64,000 nucleotides of DNA from Lachnospiraceae bacterium (GCA_017544835.1 JAFYDI010000023.1:32206-96205); one strand, 5' to 3'; shown: positions 47,052 to 57,758, counted from the stretch's first letter. Made by a program: numbers and translations. Notes: a model not told the origin generated them from the letters alone.

Positions 47052-47973
47052 ATGAATTTTGGAGGATATTTCGTCGCATTGACGATGGCTGCCCTTATAA
47101 GCACGGCACCCGTTAAGACGGAAGACGTTAACTGGCGCAACTTGGACAACGTTGCCATCGAGGAGTTTGAAGCAAGAACCGGTTATATTACAGGAAGCGT
47201 TAACTTACGAAGCTTACCTGATATCTCCGGAGAAAGTATGAGAGTTTTGAAAAAGGGAACCACCGTTACCGTAATAGCTGTTTCAACCGGCAACCCCTAT
47301 AACTCAAATACGTACTACATTACCGAGGACGGCGGATTTATTCATTCGGTATATAACATTTACGGCACCTGCGACAGGTTCTGACAATAATCAGGCATTT
47401 GTTGCTACTCCGGCCAATCCCGGCGTACAGCTTGCGGTTAACAATATTTTGCAGAACCCCGAACTTCCCAACGGTTGTGAAATCACCAGCCTTTCGATAG
47501 TGCTTAACTACAAAGGCTATGCCGTAGACAAATGCGACATGTCCGATAATTATCTCCCCAAATGGCCCGACCTTTCGGGAGATCCTGAGAATTATTATTT
47601 AAGAGAGCCCAGAAGCAATGGTTTTTATTGCTTTGCCACTTGTCTTTGTACCACAATTGATAACTATAATGCAGCCAACGGAACTTCCATTCAGTACAAG
47701 AATCTTACGGGACTTAGTGCCACAGATCTATATGCTGAAATAGATGCGGGCAATCCTATAGTCGTATGGGGAACGCTTAAGTGGAAGACGCCGAGAGCAT
47801 ATTCAAACGGCCTTTACAGAAATCTGCACTGCATGGTATTGGCCGGATATACAGACACTACAGTAACAATAATAGACACGATTTATGGAGACAAATTGAA
47901 AACTATCAGTCGCTCGACATTTGAAACCGTCTGGACACAGATGGGCAGCCGCGCAATGACTGTTACACAATAA
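47052..47973 (+). pseudogene. secreted SH3b-domain / C39-like (BtrH/YvpB-type) cysteine peptidase gene interrupted by a frameshift
   Basis: Track ORFs 47052..47384 (signal peptide plus SH3b: GSVNLRSLPDISGESMRVLKKGTTVTVIAV) and 47449..47973 (NPELPNGCEITSLSIVLNYKGY... peptidase). They lie in different frames. The second frame is open back to about 47278. It lacks any ATG or RBS before the tracker's TTG. Confidence 0.55.
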
Positions 47974-47987
47974 TATATATGAAAACA

Positions 47988-48030
47988 GAGGCTTTGCAGG
48001 GATTCACCTCCTGCAAGGCCTTTTCTTTTG
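47988..48030 (+). terminator. terminator after peptidase gene
   Basis: AGGCtTTGCAGG-loop-CCTGCAAGGCCT followed by TTTTCTTTT. Confidence 0.5.
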
Positions 48031-48039
48031 CAGAGGGTA

Positions 48040-48077
48040 TTGACAAAAGAAATTAATGTGATATCATAATGATATCA
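48040..48077 (+). promoter_or_regulatory. promoter (TTGACA) with tandem palindromic TGATATCA-taa-TGATATCA operator-like element over the -10 region
   Basis: Read from the sequence directly upstream of the ABC-2 transporter genes. Confidence 0.4.
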
Positions 48078-48112
48078 ATTAACAACAAGAAGTCTATTTT
48101 CGGAGGCTTAAA

Positions 48113-48829
48113 ATGAGTGTACTTACTATTGAGAACTACACAAAGATTTACAGCGACGACAAGAAGGCCGCAGACAATGTTTCTTTGACCGTCGAAAGCG
48201 GTGATATATACGGATTTATCGGTCACAACGGAGCCGGTAAGAGTACTACCATAAGAGCTATTGTGGGTGTGCTTGACTTCACCGACGGAGAGATCTTTAT
48301 AGACGGTCATTCGGTTAAGAAAGAACCCATGGAATGTAAGAAGGTTACTGCTTACATCCCCGATAACCCGGACCTTTACGAGAACCTTACGGGTATTCAG
48401 TATTTAAACTTCGTGGCAGACGTATTCGACATCGATGCGGCTACCAGAGAAGCGCGTATTAAGGATTACGGCGACAGACTTGAGATTACGGAAGCGCTCG
48501 GCGACCCGATTTCTTCATATTCACACGGTATGAAGCAGAAAGTTGCGATTCTTTCCGCACTTATTCACGAGCCCAAGCTTATGGTAATGGACGAGCCTTT
48601 CGTAGGACTCGACCCCAAGGCCGCATTTATGCTTAAAGAAATCATGCATGAGATGTGCGCGCGCGGCTCGGCAGTTTTCTTTTCCACACATGTTCTTGAA
48701 GTGGCAGAGAAGCTTTGCAACAAAGTAGCCATTATTAAGAAGGGAAAGATTATTGCACAGGGAACCATGGAAGAGCTTACCGGCGGCAAGTCTCTTGAGG
48801 AAGTATTCCTGGAGGGTGTCAATGAATAA
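48113..48829 (+). CDS. ABC transporter ATP-binding protein (ABC-2 type)
   Basis: GHNGAGKST, Walker B LMVMDEPFVGLD, 238 aa. Confidence 0.85.
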   Translation: MSVLTIENYTKIYSDDKKAADNVSLTVESGDIYGFIGHNGAGKSTTIRAIVGVLDFTDGEIFIDGHSVKKEPMECKKVTAYIPDNPDLYENLTGIQYLNFVADVFDIDAATREARIKDYGDRLEITEALGDPISSYSHGMKQKVAILSALIHEPKLMVMDEPFVGLDPKAAFMLKEIMHEMCARGSAVFFSTHVLEVAEKLCNKVAIIKKGKIIAQGTMEELTGGKSLEEVFLEGVNE

Positions 48830-50423
48830 TAAAAATGTTCTTTTGCTAAAGACCCTTCTTAGGTCCACAAGCAGTTTTAACGTATTAAAAACGTCGAAGG
48901 ACAGTAAGAAAAAGGGTAAGATAATCGGAACTTTTATAGCATATATATTGTTGTACCTGATGCTTCTTGCGTACAGCGTACTCATGGCAATGGGCTACGG
49001 ACGCGCGGGACTTACCGAAGCGATGCCGATGTTACTTACCATGATACTTACGGCACTGGCTTTTCTGTTTACGCTTCTTAAAAGTAACAGTTACCTATAC
49101 GGCTTTAAGGAATACGATATGCTGATGGCAATGCCTTTTTCGGAGAAAGCGGTAGTCGGAAGCAAGTTCTTATATATGTACATTAAGAGCCTGCCCTGGT
49201 ATCTCACAATTTCGATAGCAATGTTAATCGGCTACGCAATGTACGCTAAGCCTATGATAGCGGTATATCCTTTATGGATAGTGTTATCGCTTTTCATTCC
49301 CGTAATTCCCATGCTTGTCGCAAGTTTACTTAGCTATATAGTAGTTAAAATCAGCGCGGCATTTAAGTATTGGAAGGCAGTACAGGCAGTACTTCTTTTT
49401 GCGGTAATAATTCTTAGTTTCTTCTCAAGGTTCTTTATAGAGAAGATAATAAAAGATGACAGCATTGATGAGGTTCTTACAAGCACGGCTTCTTTTACCG
49501 AAGGCTTTGAGAAGATTTACCTTCCTGCCAAGTGGTTCAGAGAAGGCGCAACGGAACTTAAGATTTCGGGCATCTTCCTGCTGGTAGGCGTATCGATATT
49601 GCTGTTTGAACTTATATTTATACTCGTGGCACGCTCCTACAAGAGACTCAACAGCGCCATGAAGACAAGCGTTGCAAGACACGCTTACAAGCTTACGAAG
49701 CAAAAGAAAAAGAGCGTCGCAAGGACCATGGCCTTTAAGGAAATAAAGCGCTTCACAGGATCAATTCCCTACCTTACCAACGCAGGCGCAGGCTACGTAA
49801 TGGCGATCGGTGTAGGTATAGCAGCTTTGTTTGTGGGACTTGATAAGATAATCGGAACCGTAACCTCGGGCGCGCCTGTGTCAGGCGATATGGTTAAAGT
49901 GGCAATTCCTTTTATTGCATACTTCTTAACCGGTATGGTGGCGCTTACCTGCGCATCTCCTTCTTTGGAGGGCAAGAACTACTGGATTATTAAGTCGTTA
50001 CCTATGTCTTATAAGGACATATACTATGGCAAGATTCTTGCGAACCTTTACATATCGATTCCGGCGCAGCTTATCGCAACGATAGGAATGTGCATCGGCG
50101 GCAAGTGCGGCGTGGCAGAGACTATAGGCTACATTATCCTCGGCATCACGCTCTGCGTATTCTCGGCAACCTTCGGATGCGAGTGTGGCATCAGATTTAT
50201 GAAGCTTGACTGGGAGAACGACGTTGAAGTGGTTAAGCAGGGAACGGCCGTTGTGGTATATATGTTCCCCAACATGATACTTACGATAGCTATGCTTATC
50301 GGAAGTGTGATTTTATCTATGATTATAGGTAAGGCACTTGTAATTGTTGCGGCGATACTGATTTATTGTTTACTTACCGCAGTATGTATGATGAGAGTTA
50401 TGGCTTTGGCCAAGAGAAGATAA
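48822..50423 (+). CDS. ABC-2 type transporter permease (large polytopic)
   Basis: ATGAATAA overlap with the ATPase gene. About 12 TM helices. Track ORF 48753..50423. Confidence 0.65.
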   Translation: MNNKNVLLLKTLLRSTSSFNVLKTSKDSKKKGKIIGTFIAYILLYLMLLAYSVLMAMGYGRAGLTEAMPMLLTMILTALAFLFTLLKSNSYLYGFKEYDMLMAMPFSEKAVVGSKFLYMYIKSLPWYLTISIAMLIGYAMYAKPMIAVYPLWIVLSLFIPVIPMLVASLLSYIVVKISAAFKYWKAVQAVLLFAVIILSFFSRFFIEKIIKDDSIDEVLTSTASFTEGFEKIYLPAKWFREGATELKISGIFLLVGVSILLFELIFILVARSYKRLNSAMKTSVARHAYKLTKQKKKSVARTMAFKEIKRFTGSIPYLTNAGAGYVMAIGVGIAALFVGLDKIIGTVTSGAPVSGDMVKVAIPFIAYFLTGMVALTCASPSLEGKNYWIIKSLPMSYKDIYYGKILANLYISIPAQLIATIGMCIGGKCGVAETIGYIILGITLCVFSATFGCECGIRFMKLDWENDVEVVKQGTAVVVYMFPNMILTIAMLIGSVILSMIIGKALVIVAAILIYCLLTAVCMMRVMALAKRR

Positions 50424-50426
50424 ATT

Positions 50427-51452
50427 ATGGAGGTTAATTCTATGGAAGAGAAAATTTTAAATATTAAAAAGAATGGAATGGGCGCTTTGTTACTTATTCT
50501 TTTGTCGGAAGTTCTTGCGATAGTCGGCATTGTATATGCTGCGATGAATCTTGAAAAGCCCGGCAGAATGAGCGCACTTTATGTGGCAATTTTAGTAGTA
50601 AGTATCCTCTGGCTGGTACTCAGTACCATTTTGTACGGCGGACTTAAGGTGTTAAAGCCTCAGGAGGCAATTGTGCTTACACTTTTCGGTAAGTACTACG
50701 GAACTTTAAAGGGTGACGGATTCTATTTTGTGAATCCTTTTGTTACAGCCATCAACCCCGCTGCCAATACCAGACTTAATCAGAGCGGAGACGTTAAGGC
50801 CGGTCTTCCCGCCAATGCTTCGGGCTTTGAAATGCCTTCGAAGAAGCTTTCGATGAAGATTATGACCCTTAACAACACAAGACAGAAGATTAACGATTGC
50901 CTCGGTAACCCTATCGAAATCGGTATTGCGGTTACATGGAGAATCGTTGATACCGCCAAGGCTGTATTTAACGTAGAGAACTACAAAGAGTTTCTTTCGC
51001 TGCAGTGTGACGCCGCTCTTCGTAATATCGTAAGAATTTATCCTTATGATGTAGCCAAGAACGTAGATACCACCGGCGACGGTCAGGCCGATGAAGGATC
51101 GCTCAGAGGCTCAAGCGAAATCGTGGCAGACAGAATCAAGAAAGAAATTCAGGAACGCGTTAATCTTGCGGGCATCGAGATTGTAGAGTCAAGAATTACC
51201 TACCTTGCATATGCTCCCGAAATTGCGGCAGCAATGCTTCAGCGCCAGCAGGCATCCGCCATCATCGACGCAAGAAAGATGATTGTGGACGGCGCCGTAG
51301 GAATGGTGGAACTTGCACTCGAAAGACTTAACGAAAATCATGTGGTAGACCTGGATGAAGAAAGGAAAGCCGCAATGGTTTCTAACCTTTTGGTAGTATT
51401 ATGTGGCAATCATGACGCTCAACCTGTTGTAAACTCAGGAAGCTTATATTAA
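50427..51452 (+). CDS. SPFH/band-7 (stomatin/prohibitin-like) membrane protein
   Basis: N-terminal TM helices then SPFH core (EAIVLTLFGKYYGTLKGDGFYFVNPF...). Confidence 0.7.
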   Translation: MEVNSMEEKILNIKKNGMGALLLILLSEVLAIVGIVYAAMNLEKPGRMSALYVAILVVSILWLVLSTILYGGLKVLKPQEAIVLTLFGKYYGTLKGDGFYFVNPFVTAINPAANTRLNQSGDVKAGLPANASGFEMPSKKLSMKIMTLNNTRQKINDCLGNPIEIGIAVTWRIVDTAKAVFNVENYKEFLSLQCDAALRNIVRIYPYDVAKNVDTTGDGQADEGSLRGSSEIVADRIKKEIQERVNLAGIEIVESRITYLAYAPEIAAAMLQRQQASAIIDARKMIVDGAVGMVELALERLNENHVVDLDEERKAAMVSNLLVVLCGNHDAQPVVNSGSLY

Positions 51453-51473
51453 AATGTCAGAAAGTGGTGTAAA

Positions 51474-51671
51474 ATGGCAGAAAAAAAACAGGTGCCATTA
51501 AGGCTCAACGAAAAACTTTATAACGCACTTGCGGATTGGGCGGAGGATGACTTTCGGTCCGTTAACGGGCAGATAGAATACCTCTTAACCGAATGCGTCA
51601 AGCAGCGTAAGAAGAATGGTAAATACGTTGGGGAAGATATCGATGCACCATTAGACATTGATATAAGCTGA
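51474..51671 (+). CDS. ribbon-helix-helix (Arc/CopG-like) DNA-binding protein
   Basis: 65 aa. KQVPLRLNEKLYNALADWAEDDFRSVNGQIEYLL fits the beta-strand plus two-helix RHH pattern. Confidence 0.5.
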   Translation: MAEKKQVPLRLNEKLYNALADWAEDDFRSVNGQIEYLLTECVKQRKKNGKYVGEDIDAPLDIDIS

Positions 51672-51685
51672 CGGAGGGTTTAGGT

Positions 51686-52174
51686 ATGGAAAATCGCATG
51701 TATTTTAGGACTTCGCATAAGATTGCAGAAATAATAGCGTATGCGGTAACGGTAGTAAGTGTTATTCTCGCAATAGTTTTTGCAGCTACGTCGGAAGGTG
51801 AGATAGCAACTCACTTTAACCTGGCGGGACAGGCCGATAAGTACGGTTCGCCGTGGTCTGCCATTGTTCTTCCGATAGTTATGCTTTTAAGTAATTTGAT
51901 GATGCTTGCTATTTTCCGATTTGTGCCCATAAGTTCATGGAATATGCCCGCCAAGGTGACCGATTCAAACAGACCTTATGTGTATAACGATATTATCTGG
52001 GTTGTACTGATAACGATGCTTATGATGGCTTTTATATCGCTTCTAAGCGTGATAGGCATGTTCTTTTTCCGCGAACATTATGGAGTAATGATTATAGGCA
52101 TAACAGTGGTCGGAATGATCATAATGACTGTGTTTATAATAAAAAGTGTAATTGATTCAAAGAGGTATGCTTAG
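51686..52174 (+). CDS. SdpI/YhfL-like (DUF1648) membrane protein
   Basis: 162 aa, 4 TM helices. N-terminal pattern typical of the DUF1648 family, recalled from memory. Confidence 0.45.
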   Translation: MENRMYFRTSHKIAEIIAYAVTVVSVILAIVFAATSEGEIATHFNLAGQADKYGSPWSAIVLPIVMLLSNLMMLAIFRFVPISSWNMPAKVTDSNRPYVYNDIIWVVLITMLMMAFISLLSVIGMFFFREHYGVMIIGITVVGMIIMTVFIIKSVIDSKRYA

Positions 52175-52186
52175 AGAGGTAAATGT

Positions 52187-53023
52187 ATGGAAGAACTGTA
52201 TAATCAGCTTCAAACGGTAACTGTACCGACCGCAACGATAGTATGTATCATGATATCGGCTTTGCTTTCCGTAGCGATTCCGGTATTGCTTGCCTTATAT
52301 TTTAAAAAGAAATACGACTGTAACCTTAAATGCTTCCTTGTGGGAGCGCTTGTATGGATAATATTTGCAAGGGTTCTTGAAGGCCTTCTGCATAGCATTA
52401 TTCTTAAAAGCCCTCTTGGAGCAACAATTAACGGAAATGTGTGGATTTATGCTTTGTACGGCGGCATTATGGCGGGGCTCTTTGAGGAAATCGGACGCTT
52501 TGTCGGTATGACAATCTTTCTTAAGGATTGCATGGACAATGACAGAAACAGTCTTATGTACGGAGCCGGTCACGGCGGAATCGAAGCCGTAATTCTTCTG
52601 GGATTTACCATGGTTTCAAACCTGATGCTAAGCTTCCAGATTAACAACAGAGCATTGGCTCCCACATACGAAGTTGTTAAGAATCTTCCCGAAGAACAGG
52701 GCATGCAGGTACTTGGCAGTTTATTAGAGCTTGTAAATGCAGAACCCTACGTTTTATTGGTGGGTCTTATCGAGAGAATTCCCGCAATTGCATTTCACAT
52801 CGCATTAAGCGTACTTGTATGGAAAGCGGTCAAAGAAAGCAAGGTTATTTACCTGATTCTTGCTATCCTTTTCCACTTTATCATGGATGCTTTGACAATT
52901 ATTGTTGCAAGCCGATTTAGCAACATATTTATGGTAGAAGGCTTCATATATGCAATGTCAGCCGTAGTTATCTGCGTGATAGTGCTTTTAACCAAGAGGA
53001 AAAAGGAAGTAACAACAATATAA
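52187..53023 (+). CDS. YhfC/CPBP-type putative intramembrane metalloprotease
   Basis: Polytopic. EExxR motif (GLFEEIGRF) and downstream His-containing helices (GAGHGGIEA). Confidence 0.5.
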   Translation: MEELYNQLQTVTVPTATIVCIMISALLSVAIPVLLALYFKKKYDCNLKCFLVGALVWIIFARVLEGLLHSIILKSPLGATINGNVWIYALYGGIMAGLFEEIGRFVGMTIFLKDCMDNDRNSLMYGAGHGGIEAVILLGFTMVSNLMLSFQINNRALAPTYEVVKNLPEEQGMQVLGSLLELVNAEPYVLLVGLIERIPAIAFHIALSVLVWKAVKESKVIYLILAILFHFIMDALTIIVASRFSNIFMVEGFIYAMSAVVICVIVLLTKRKKEVTTI

Positions 53024-53186
53024 ACATTGGGAGGCCCGGGGTTAAAAGCCCCGGGTTCTTTAAAAATAAACAGAAAATAAACTTTCAAAAACTTTACTAA
53101 ATTAAAGCCTCAAAGCCTTGCGCAACCGTATAAAAAGAAATATCGTAATAAGAAAGATTGATTACAACACATTTTGGAGAGAGACA

Positions 53187-54734
53187 ATGAACTTTTTTAA
53201 GAAGCACAAAAAAGGATTGATTATCCTTACCGTAATCGTCCTTGTAATCGGAGGAATAGTCGTTTGGTTTAAGTCGGCGGTGAAAAAGGGCATGGACATG
53301 ATTAATGCAGCCATGGCCAATGAAATCGTTACTGCCGAGAAGCGCGACATAGTGAGTGTCGTATCCGCGACAGGTAAGATTACCAGTATTGATTCAAGAA
53401 GCATTACATCCACCGCAACCGGCGCTAAGGTGCTTGAGGTTAAGGTACTTGAAGGCGACGAGGTCAAAGAAGGCGACGTTATAGCAATTCTTGATTCGTC
53501 AAGTTACGAAGAGAATCTTGCCAATCTCGAAGAGTCGCTTAACAATTCCAAGAAATCAAATAACTTAAGCATTTCTTCCGCAAAGCGTCAGCTTGACGAA
53601 ACGGTTGCAAGCACCAACGCATCCAACGACAAGTACAATACGCAGGTAGCGGATCTTGAGAAGAAGCTTGAGGATTACAAGAATTTAAAAGAACAGTCAT
53701 TAAATCTTTACAAGCAGGCGGTTATAGACAGAACTGCGGCGCAGACGGCTTATGAACAGGCGCTCAGGGCTATAACAAGTCCCGCAGCACCGAGTACTTC
53801 GGGAAACGATCCATCAGCCAACGACCCTGCTCAGTCGCAGCAACTTCCTGATGTATCAGCTCTTTTGCAGACATACAATGCAGCTCAGGCCAACGAAGCT
53901 ACGCGCCTTAGCAATTACAACACCATTCTTGCTCAGTACGAAGCCACCGAAACTTCTCTTAACAACATGAAAGAAACCCGTGACGAGATGAAGCGTAACA
54001 GTGACGCAAGCGTAGCGGCAAGACAGGATGCGCTTTCAAGTGCCAGAATCCAGTCTAACTCAGCTACCACCAACGTTGAGTCTCAGATTGACACGGTTAA
54101 AGACCAGATAGAAAGCTGTACGGTTACCGCGCCTATCGACGGTGTGATAACTTCCGTAAGCGTTACGGAAGGCGCTCAGTACGCGGGCACCCCCATAGCG
54201 GTTATTGAAGATACAAGCTCTTATGAAATTACCGCCGAAATCGATGAATACGATATCGGAGCGGTTAAGAAAGGCCAGAAGGTAGTTATAAAGACCAACG
54301 GTACCGGCGATGCAGAACTTGAAGGCGTAGTAAAGTCCGTGGCTCCCAGAGCATCCATGGGCGCAAGCGGAGTAACCTACAAGGTAGTTATTTCCGTACT
54401 GACCAAGAACGACCTTTTAAAGCTTGATATGACCGCCAAGTTAAGCATCGTGCTTGAAGAAGCCAAGAACACTCTTACGGTTCCCTACGATGCGGTTGAG
54501 ACCGACGATGACGGAAGAGAATACGTTAACGTGGTAGACGGTAAGGATGAGAACAACCTTCCCACCACTCACAAAGTTTACGTTACTACCGGCATCAGCA
54601 GTGCTTATTACATAGAAATTCTTTCGGGAGATTTAAAAGAAGGCGACGAAGTAACCGTCGAACGTGAGAATACGGGTGCTTTTGACTTTAATACAATCTT
54701 TGGCGTAAACGGTAACGAGACCGGCGGAATGTAG
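53187..54734 (+). CDS. HlyD/MacA-type periplasmic adaptor (membrane fusion) protein
   Basis: N-terminal TM anchor, long coiled-coil, beta-barrel/lipoyl-like motifs. GGAGAGAG RBS. Track ORF 53118..54734. Confidence 0.75.
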   Translation: MNFFKKHKKGLIILTVIVLVIGGIVVWFKSAVKKGMDMINAAMANEIVTAEKRDIVSVVSATGKITSIDSRSITSTATGAKVLEVKVLEGDEVKEGDVIAILDSSSYEENLANLEESLNNSKKSNNLSISSAKRQLDETVASTNASNDKYNTQVADLEKKLEDYKNLKEQSLNLYKQAVIDRTAAQTAYEQALRAITSPAAPSTSGNDPSANDPAQSQQLPDVSALLQTYNAAQANEATRLSNYNTILAQYEATETSLNNMKETRDEMKRNSDASVAARQDALSSARIQSNSATTNVESQIDTVKDQIESCTVTAPIDGVITSVSVTEGAQYAGTPIAVIEDTSSYEITAEIDEYDIGAVKKGQKVVIKTNGTGDAELEGVVKSVAPRASMGASGVTYKVVISVLTKNDLLKLDMTAKLSIVLEEAKNTLTVPYDAVETDDDGREYVNVVDGKDENNLPTTHKVYVTTGISSAYYIEILSGDLKEGDEVTVERENTGAFDFNTIFGVNGNETGGM

Positions 54735-54742
54735 GAGCGACG

Positions 54743-55489
54743 ATGGAAGAGAGAAAGAAAATCATTGACATGAAAGGCATCGTCAAGAAATTCTTTATCG
54801 GTACTCCCAATGAACTTGCCGCTCTGGGCGGTGTGGACATAACGGTCTACGAAGGAGAATTCGTGGCAATCGTGGGAGCATCGGGCTCGGGTAAATCGAC
54901 CCTTATGAATATTATAGGGTCCCTCGACCGTCCCACGGAAGGCACCTATTTCCTCGATGGAATAAACGTTACCGAAAGCAAAGACGATGAACTTTCAAAG
55001 ATTAGAAACAGAAAAGTAGGTTTTGTTTTTCAGACCTACAATCTTATAGCCAAGACCAACGCACTTAAGAACGTTGAAATGCCCATGTTATATGCGGGCA
55101 TGGGTCGCAGCAATCGCGCCGCAAGAGCCGCAGAACTCCTTGACATAGTCGGTATGGGAGAACGTATGAAGCACCTCCCCGAGGAACTCTCCGGCGGACA
55201 GAAGCAGCGTGTTGCAATCGCAAGAGCCATGGCCAATGATCCCGCGATTATCCTTGCGGATGAGCCTACCGGTGCCCTTGATTCACAGACGGGCCGCCTG
55301 GTAATGGACATATTCCACAAGCTTCACAAGGAGCAGGGTAAGACTATAGTTCTTATCACACACTCCCCCGAACTTGCCGAGGAATGTGAGCGCATCATAA
55401 CCCTCAAAGACGGCCTCGTGGTGGGAGAGAGGCAGGGAAGCGGAGCACCTTCTTTGGCTGACAGCAAAGAGGAGGTGAGCGCGTCATGA
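54743..55489 (+). CDS. MacB/LolD-family ABC transporter ATP-binding protein
   Basis: [34 protein letters not shown]. Confidence 0.85.
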   Translation: MEERKKIIDMKGIVKKFFIGTPNELAALGGVDITVYEGEFVAIVGASGSGKSTLMNIIGSLDRPTEGTYFLDGINVTESKDDELSKIRNRKVGFVFQTYNLIAKTNALKNVEMPMLYAGMGRSNRAARAAELLDIVGMGERMKHLPEELSGGQKQRVAIARAMANDPAIILADEPTGALDSQTGRLVMDIFHKLHKEQGKTIVLITHSPELAEECERIITLKDGLVVGERQGSGAPSLADSKEEVSAS

Positions 55490-56778
55490 CAATGTTCTTT
55501 GAAAATGTAAGACTTGCTTTTACCAGTCTTCTTGCCAATAAGATGCGTGCGCTTCTTACGATGCTTGGCATAATTATCGGTATTTCCTCGGTTATAGCCA
55601 TTATGACCGTGGGTAATTCCCTTACAATTCAGGTTACGGACTCTATGTCCACCATGGGAGCCAACAACATAAATGTATTCCTTCAGGCCAAAGAAACCGA
55701 GACCGAGAAGACCGAAGAGGGTTATGTCTTCGAAAGCGCCGGAAGCGGTCAGGTGATGGTACAGGACAGCGACTTAATCTCCGATGAGATGATTAAGACG
55801 CTTTGCGAGACTTATCCCGAGGATATATACGCTATAGCAGCTTCCAAATCCGTAGGCTCGGGACAGATACTTGACGGTAAGAAATATGCGAACGTCTCTC
55901 TAAGCGGCGTCAGCATGGGGCAATTCGTGGCTGACAACGTTAAGCTTGAGGCCGGCAGATTTTTCTACGAGTCGGAGATGGATAAGGGTCTTATGTTGGG
56001 CCTTATATCCGACAAAGCGGTTAATAACCTTTATGCAGGCGATACAGAAGCAGCGCTTGGCGACACGGTTAACGTGTATATAGGCGATAAGTTCTACCAG
56101 GTGACCATCGTGGGCGTATACAAGTACGAAAGAAACGCCATGATGTTCTCGCTTACTTCCGATAAGGATTTAAGCACCAACATGTACATACCTCTAAGAG
56201 CGTCCAAGGAGCTTACCCACAGCGACGGATACGCAAGCTTCACTATCGTAACTGCATCCGGAGTTGATTCCGATAAGTTCGCGCAGAAGGTGGAGAGCTT
56301 CTTTGCATCATATTACCGTACCAACAGAAACTTTGAAGTGTCGGCCTTCAGCCTTGCATCGGTTGTAGAGACTATGTCTACCATGATGGGCTCGATTACC
56401 AAGGCTATTGCAATCGTGGCAGGCATTGCGCTTTTGGTAGGCGGTATAGGCGTTATGAATATAATGCTTGTATCAATTACCGAGAGAACCCGTGAGATAG
56501 GTACCAGAAAGGCTCTCGGCGCTCCCAACAGCTCCATCCGCATGCAGTTTATCGTGGAAGCCGTGGTAATCTGTATAGTCGGCGGTATCATCGGTATTAT
56601 CATAGGCGTTACGGCAGGCATACTTCTTGCAAACGCTCTCGGAACGCCGGCGGTACCTTCGGTATTCAGTATTATACTCAGTCTTTCTTTCTCCATGGCA
56701 ATCGGTGTATTCTTCGGATACTACCCCGCCAACAAAGCGGCCAAGATGGATCCTATCGAAGCTTTAAGATACGAATAG
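55486..56778 (+). CDS. FtsX-like (MacB-type) ABC transporter permease
   Basis: N-terminal TM, large extracytoplasmic domain, C-terminal 3-TM FtsX module. ATGA overlap. Confidence 0.8.
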   Translation: MTMFFENVRLAFTSLLANKMRALLTMLGIIIGISSVIAIMTVGNSLTIQVTDSMSTMGANNINVFLQAKETETEKTEEGYVFESAGSGQVMVQDSDLISDEMIKTLCETYPEDIYAIAASKSVGSGQILDGKKYANVSLSGVSMGQFVADNVKLEAGRFFYESEMDKGLMLGLISDKAVNNLYAGDTEAALGDTVNVYIGDKFYQVTIVGVYKYERNAMMFSLTSDKDLSTNMYIPLRASKELTHSDGYASFTIVTASGVDSDKFAQKVESFFASYYRTNRNFEVSAFSLASVVETMSTMMGSITKAIAIVAGIALLVGGIGVMNIMLVSITERTREIGTRKALGAPNSSIRMQFIVEAVVICIVGGIIGIIIGVTAGILLANALGTPAVPSVFSIILSLSFSMAIGVFFGYYPANKAAKMDPIEALRYE

Positions 56779-56852
56779 AGCCGGATAAACCCTTGCGGTT
56801 TATTCGTAGGCGACCGATAATAAAGCGCTGAAACGCTTTATTATATACCAAT

Positions 56853-56884
56853 AAAAAAGTCCGTGAATTTCACGGACTTTTCTT
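56853..56884. terminator. bidirectional terminator between FtsX-permease (+) and yitT-like (-)
   Basis: AAAAAA-GTCCGTGAA-t-TTCACGGAC-TTTT. Confidence 0.65.
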
Positions 56885-56897
56885 ATGTCTGCAGTTT

Positions 56898-57758
56898 CTA
56901 GTTAAATCCCCGGAAGCCTTTACCGATTATCTCGCTGCTGTTTGTAATCATGATAAAAGAATTCGGGTGGTTGTGTCTTATGTAATTACGAAGCATTACA
57001 GCCTGGCTGCGCTTCATAACGGAGAGCACCACGGTTTTCTCTGTATGAGCGTAAGCGCCTTCGGCCTTTAAGACGGTTGCGCTTTTCTTAAGCGTTTTGG
57101 TAATGTACTTACAAATCGGTTCGGGGTCATCGCAGATAATCGTAAAGTACTTGCACAGGTTGATATTTTCTATTACCTGGTCGATTACAAGGGACTTGGC
57201 CATAAGTCCGGTGAATGCGAAGAGACCGGTGGTAATGTCGAATACAAAGCAAGCGCAAATCGTAATACTTAAATCTACGAAGAAGAGCGCGGTACCGATG
57301 TTGAAATTCGTATACTTTCTTACAATCATTGCAACGATATCCGTTCCGCCGCCGCTTGCGCCACGGTTAAAGAAAATGGCTGCGCCGACCGAAGGAAGAA
57401 TTATTGCAAAGATGAGCTCAAGCATCGGCTGATTTGTAAGCGGTCCGCTCATGGGAAATACATGCTCCATAAGCTCAAGCAATAATGAGTTAAGCATGCT
57501 TACATAAACGGTCTTAACGCCGAAGCTTTTACCTAAGAATATAAATCCGAGCACGAGCAAACCCACATTTATAATAAGGTTGTAGGTGGCGGGAGACAGG
57601 CTGCCGATTCGGGCAAGTATCATCGCTATACCTGTAACTCCGCCGAATGTAAAGTTGTTCGGAAACTTAAATACATATACGCCGATATCAAGAATAATCG
57701 TGCCGACAGTCAGCCAGATGTAATCCATAATCTCGACGTTTCTTTCACTTTTTGTCAT
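56898..57758 (-). CDS. YitT family (DUF161/DUF2179) membrane protein
   Basis: 286 aa with a polytopic N-terminus and a C-terminal soluble domain. Confidence 0.6.
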   Translation of the reverse strand: MTKSERNVEIMDYIWLTVGTIILDIGVYVFKFPNNFTFGGVTGIAMILARIGSLSPATYNLIINVGLLVLGFIFLGKSFGVKTVYVSMLNSLLLELMEHVFPMSGPLTNQPMLELIFAIILPSVGAAIFFNRGASGGGTDIVAMIVRKYTNFNIGTALFFVDLSITICACFVFDITTGLFAFTGLMAKSLVIDQVIENINLCKYFTIICDDPEPICKYITKTLKKSATVLKAEGAYAHTEKTVVLSVMKRSQAVMLRNYIRHNHPNSFIMITNSSEIIGKGFRGFN

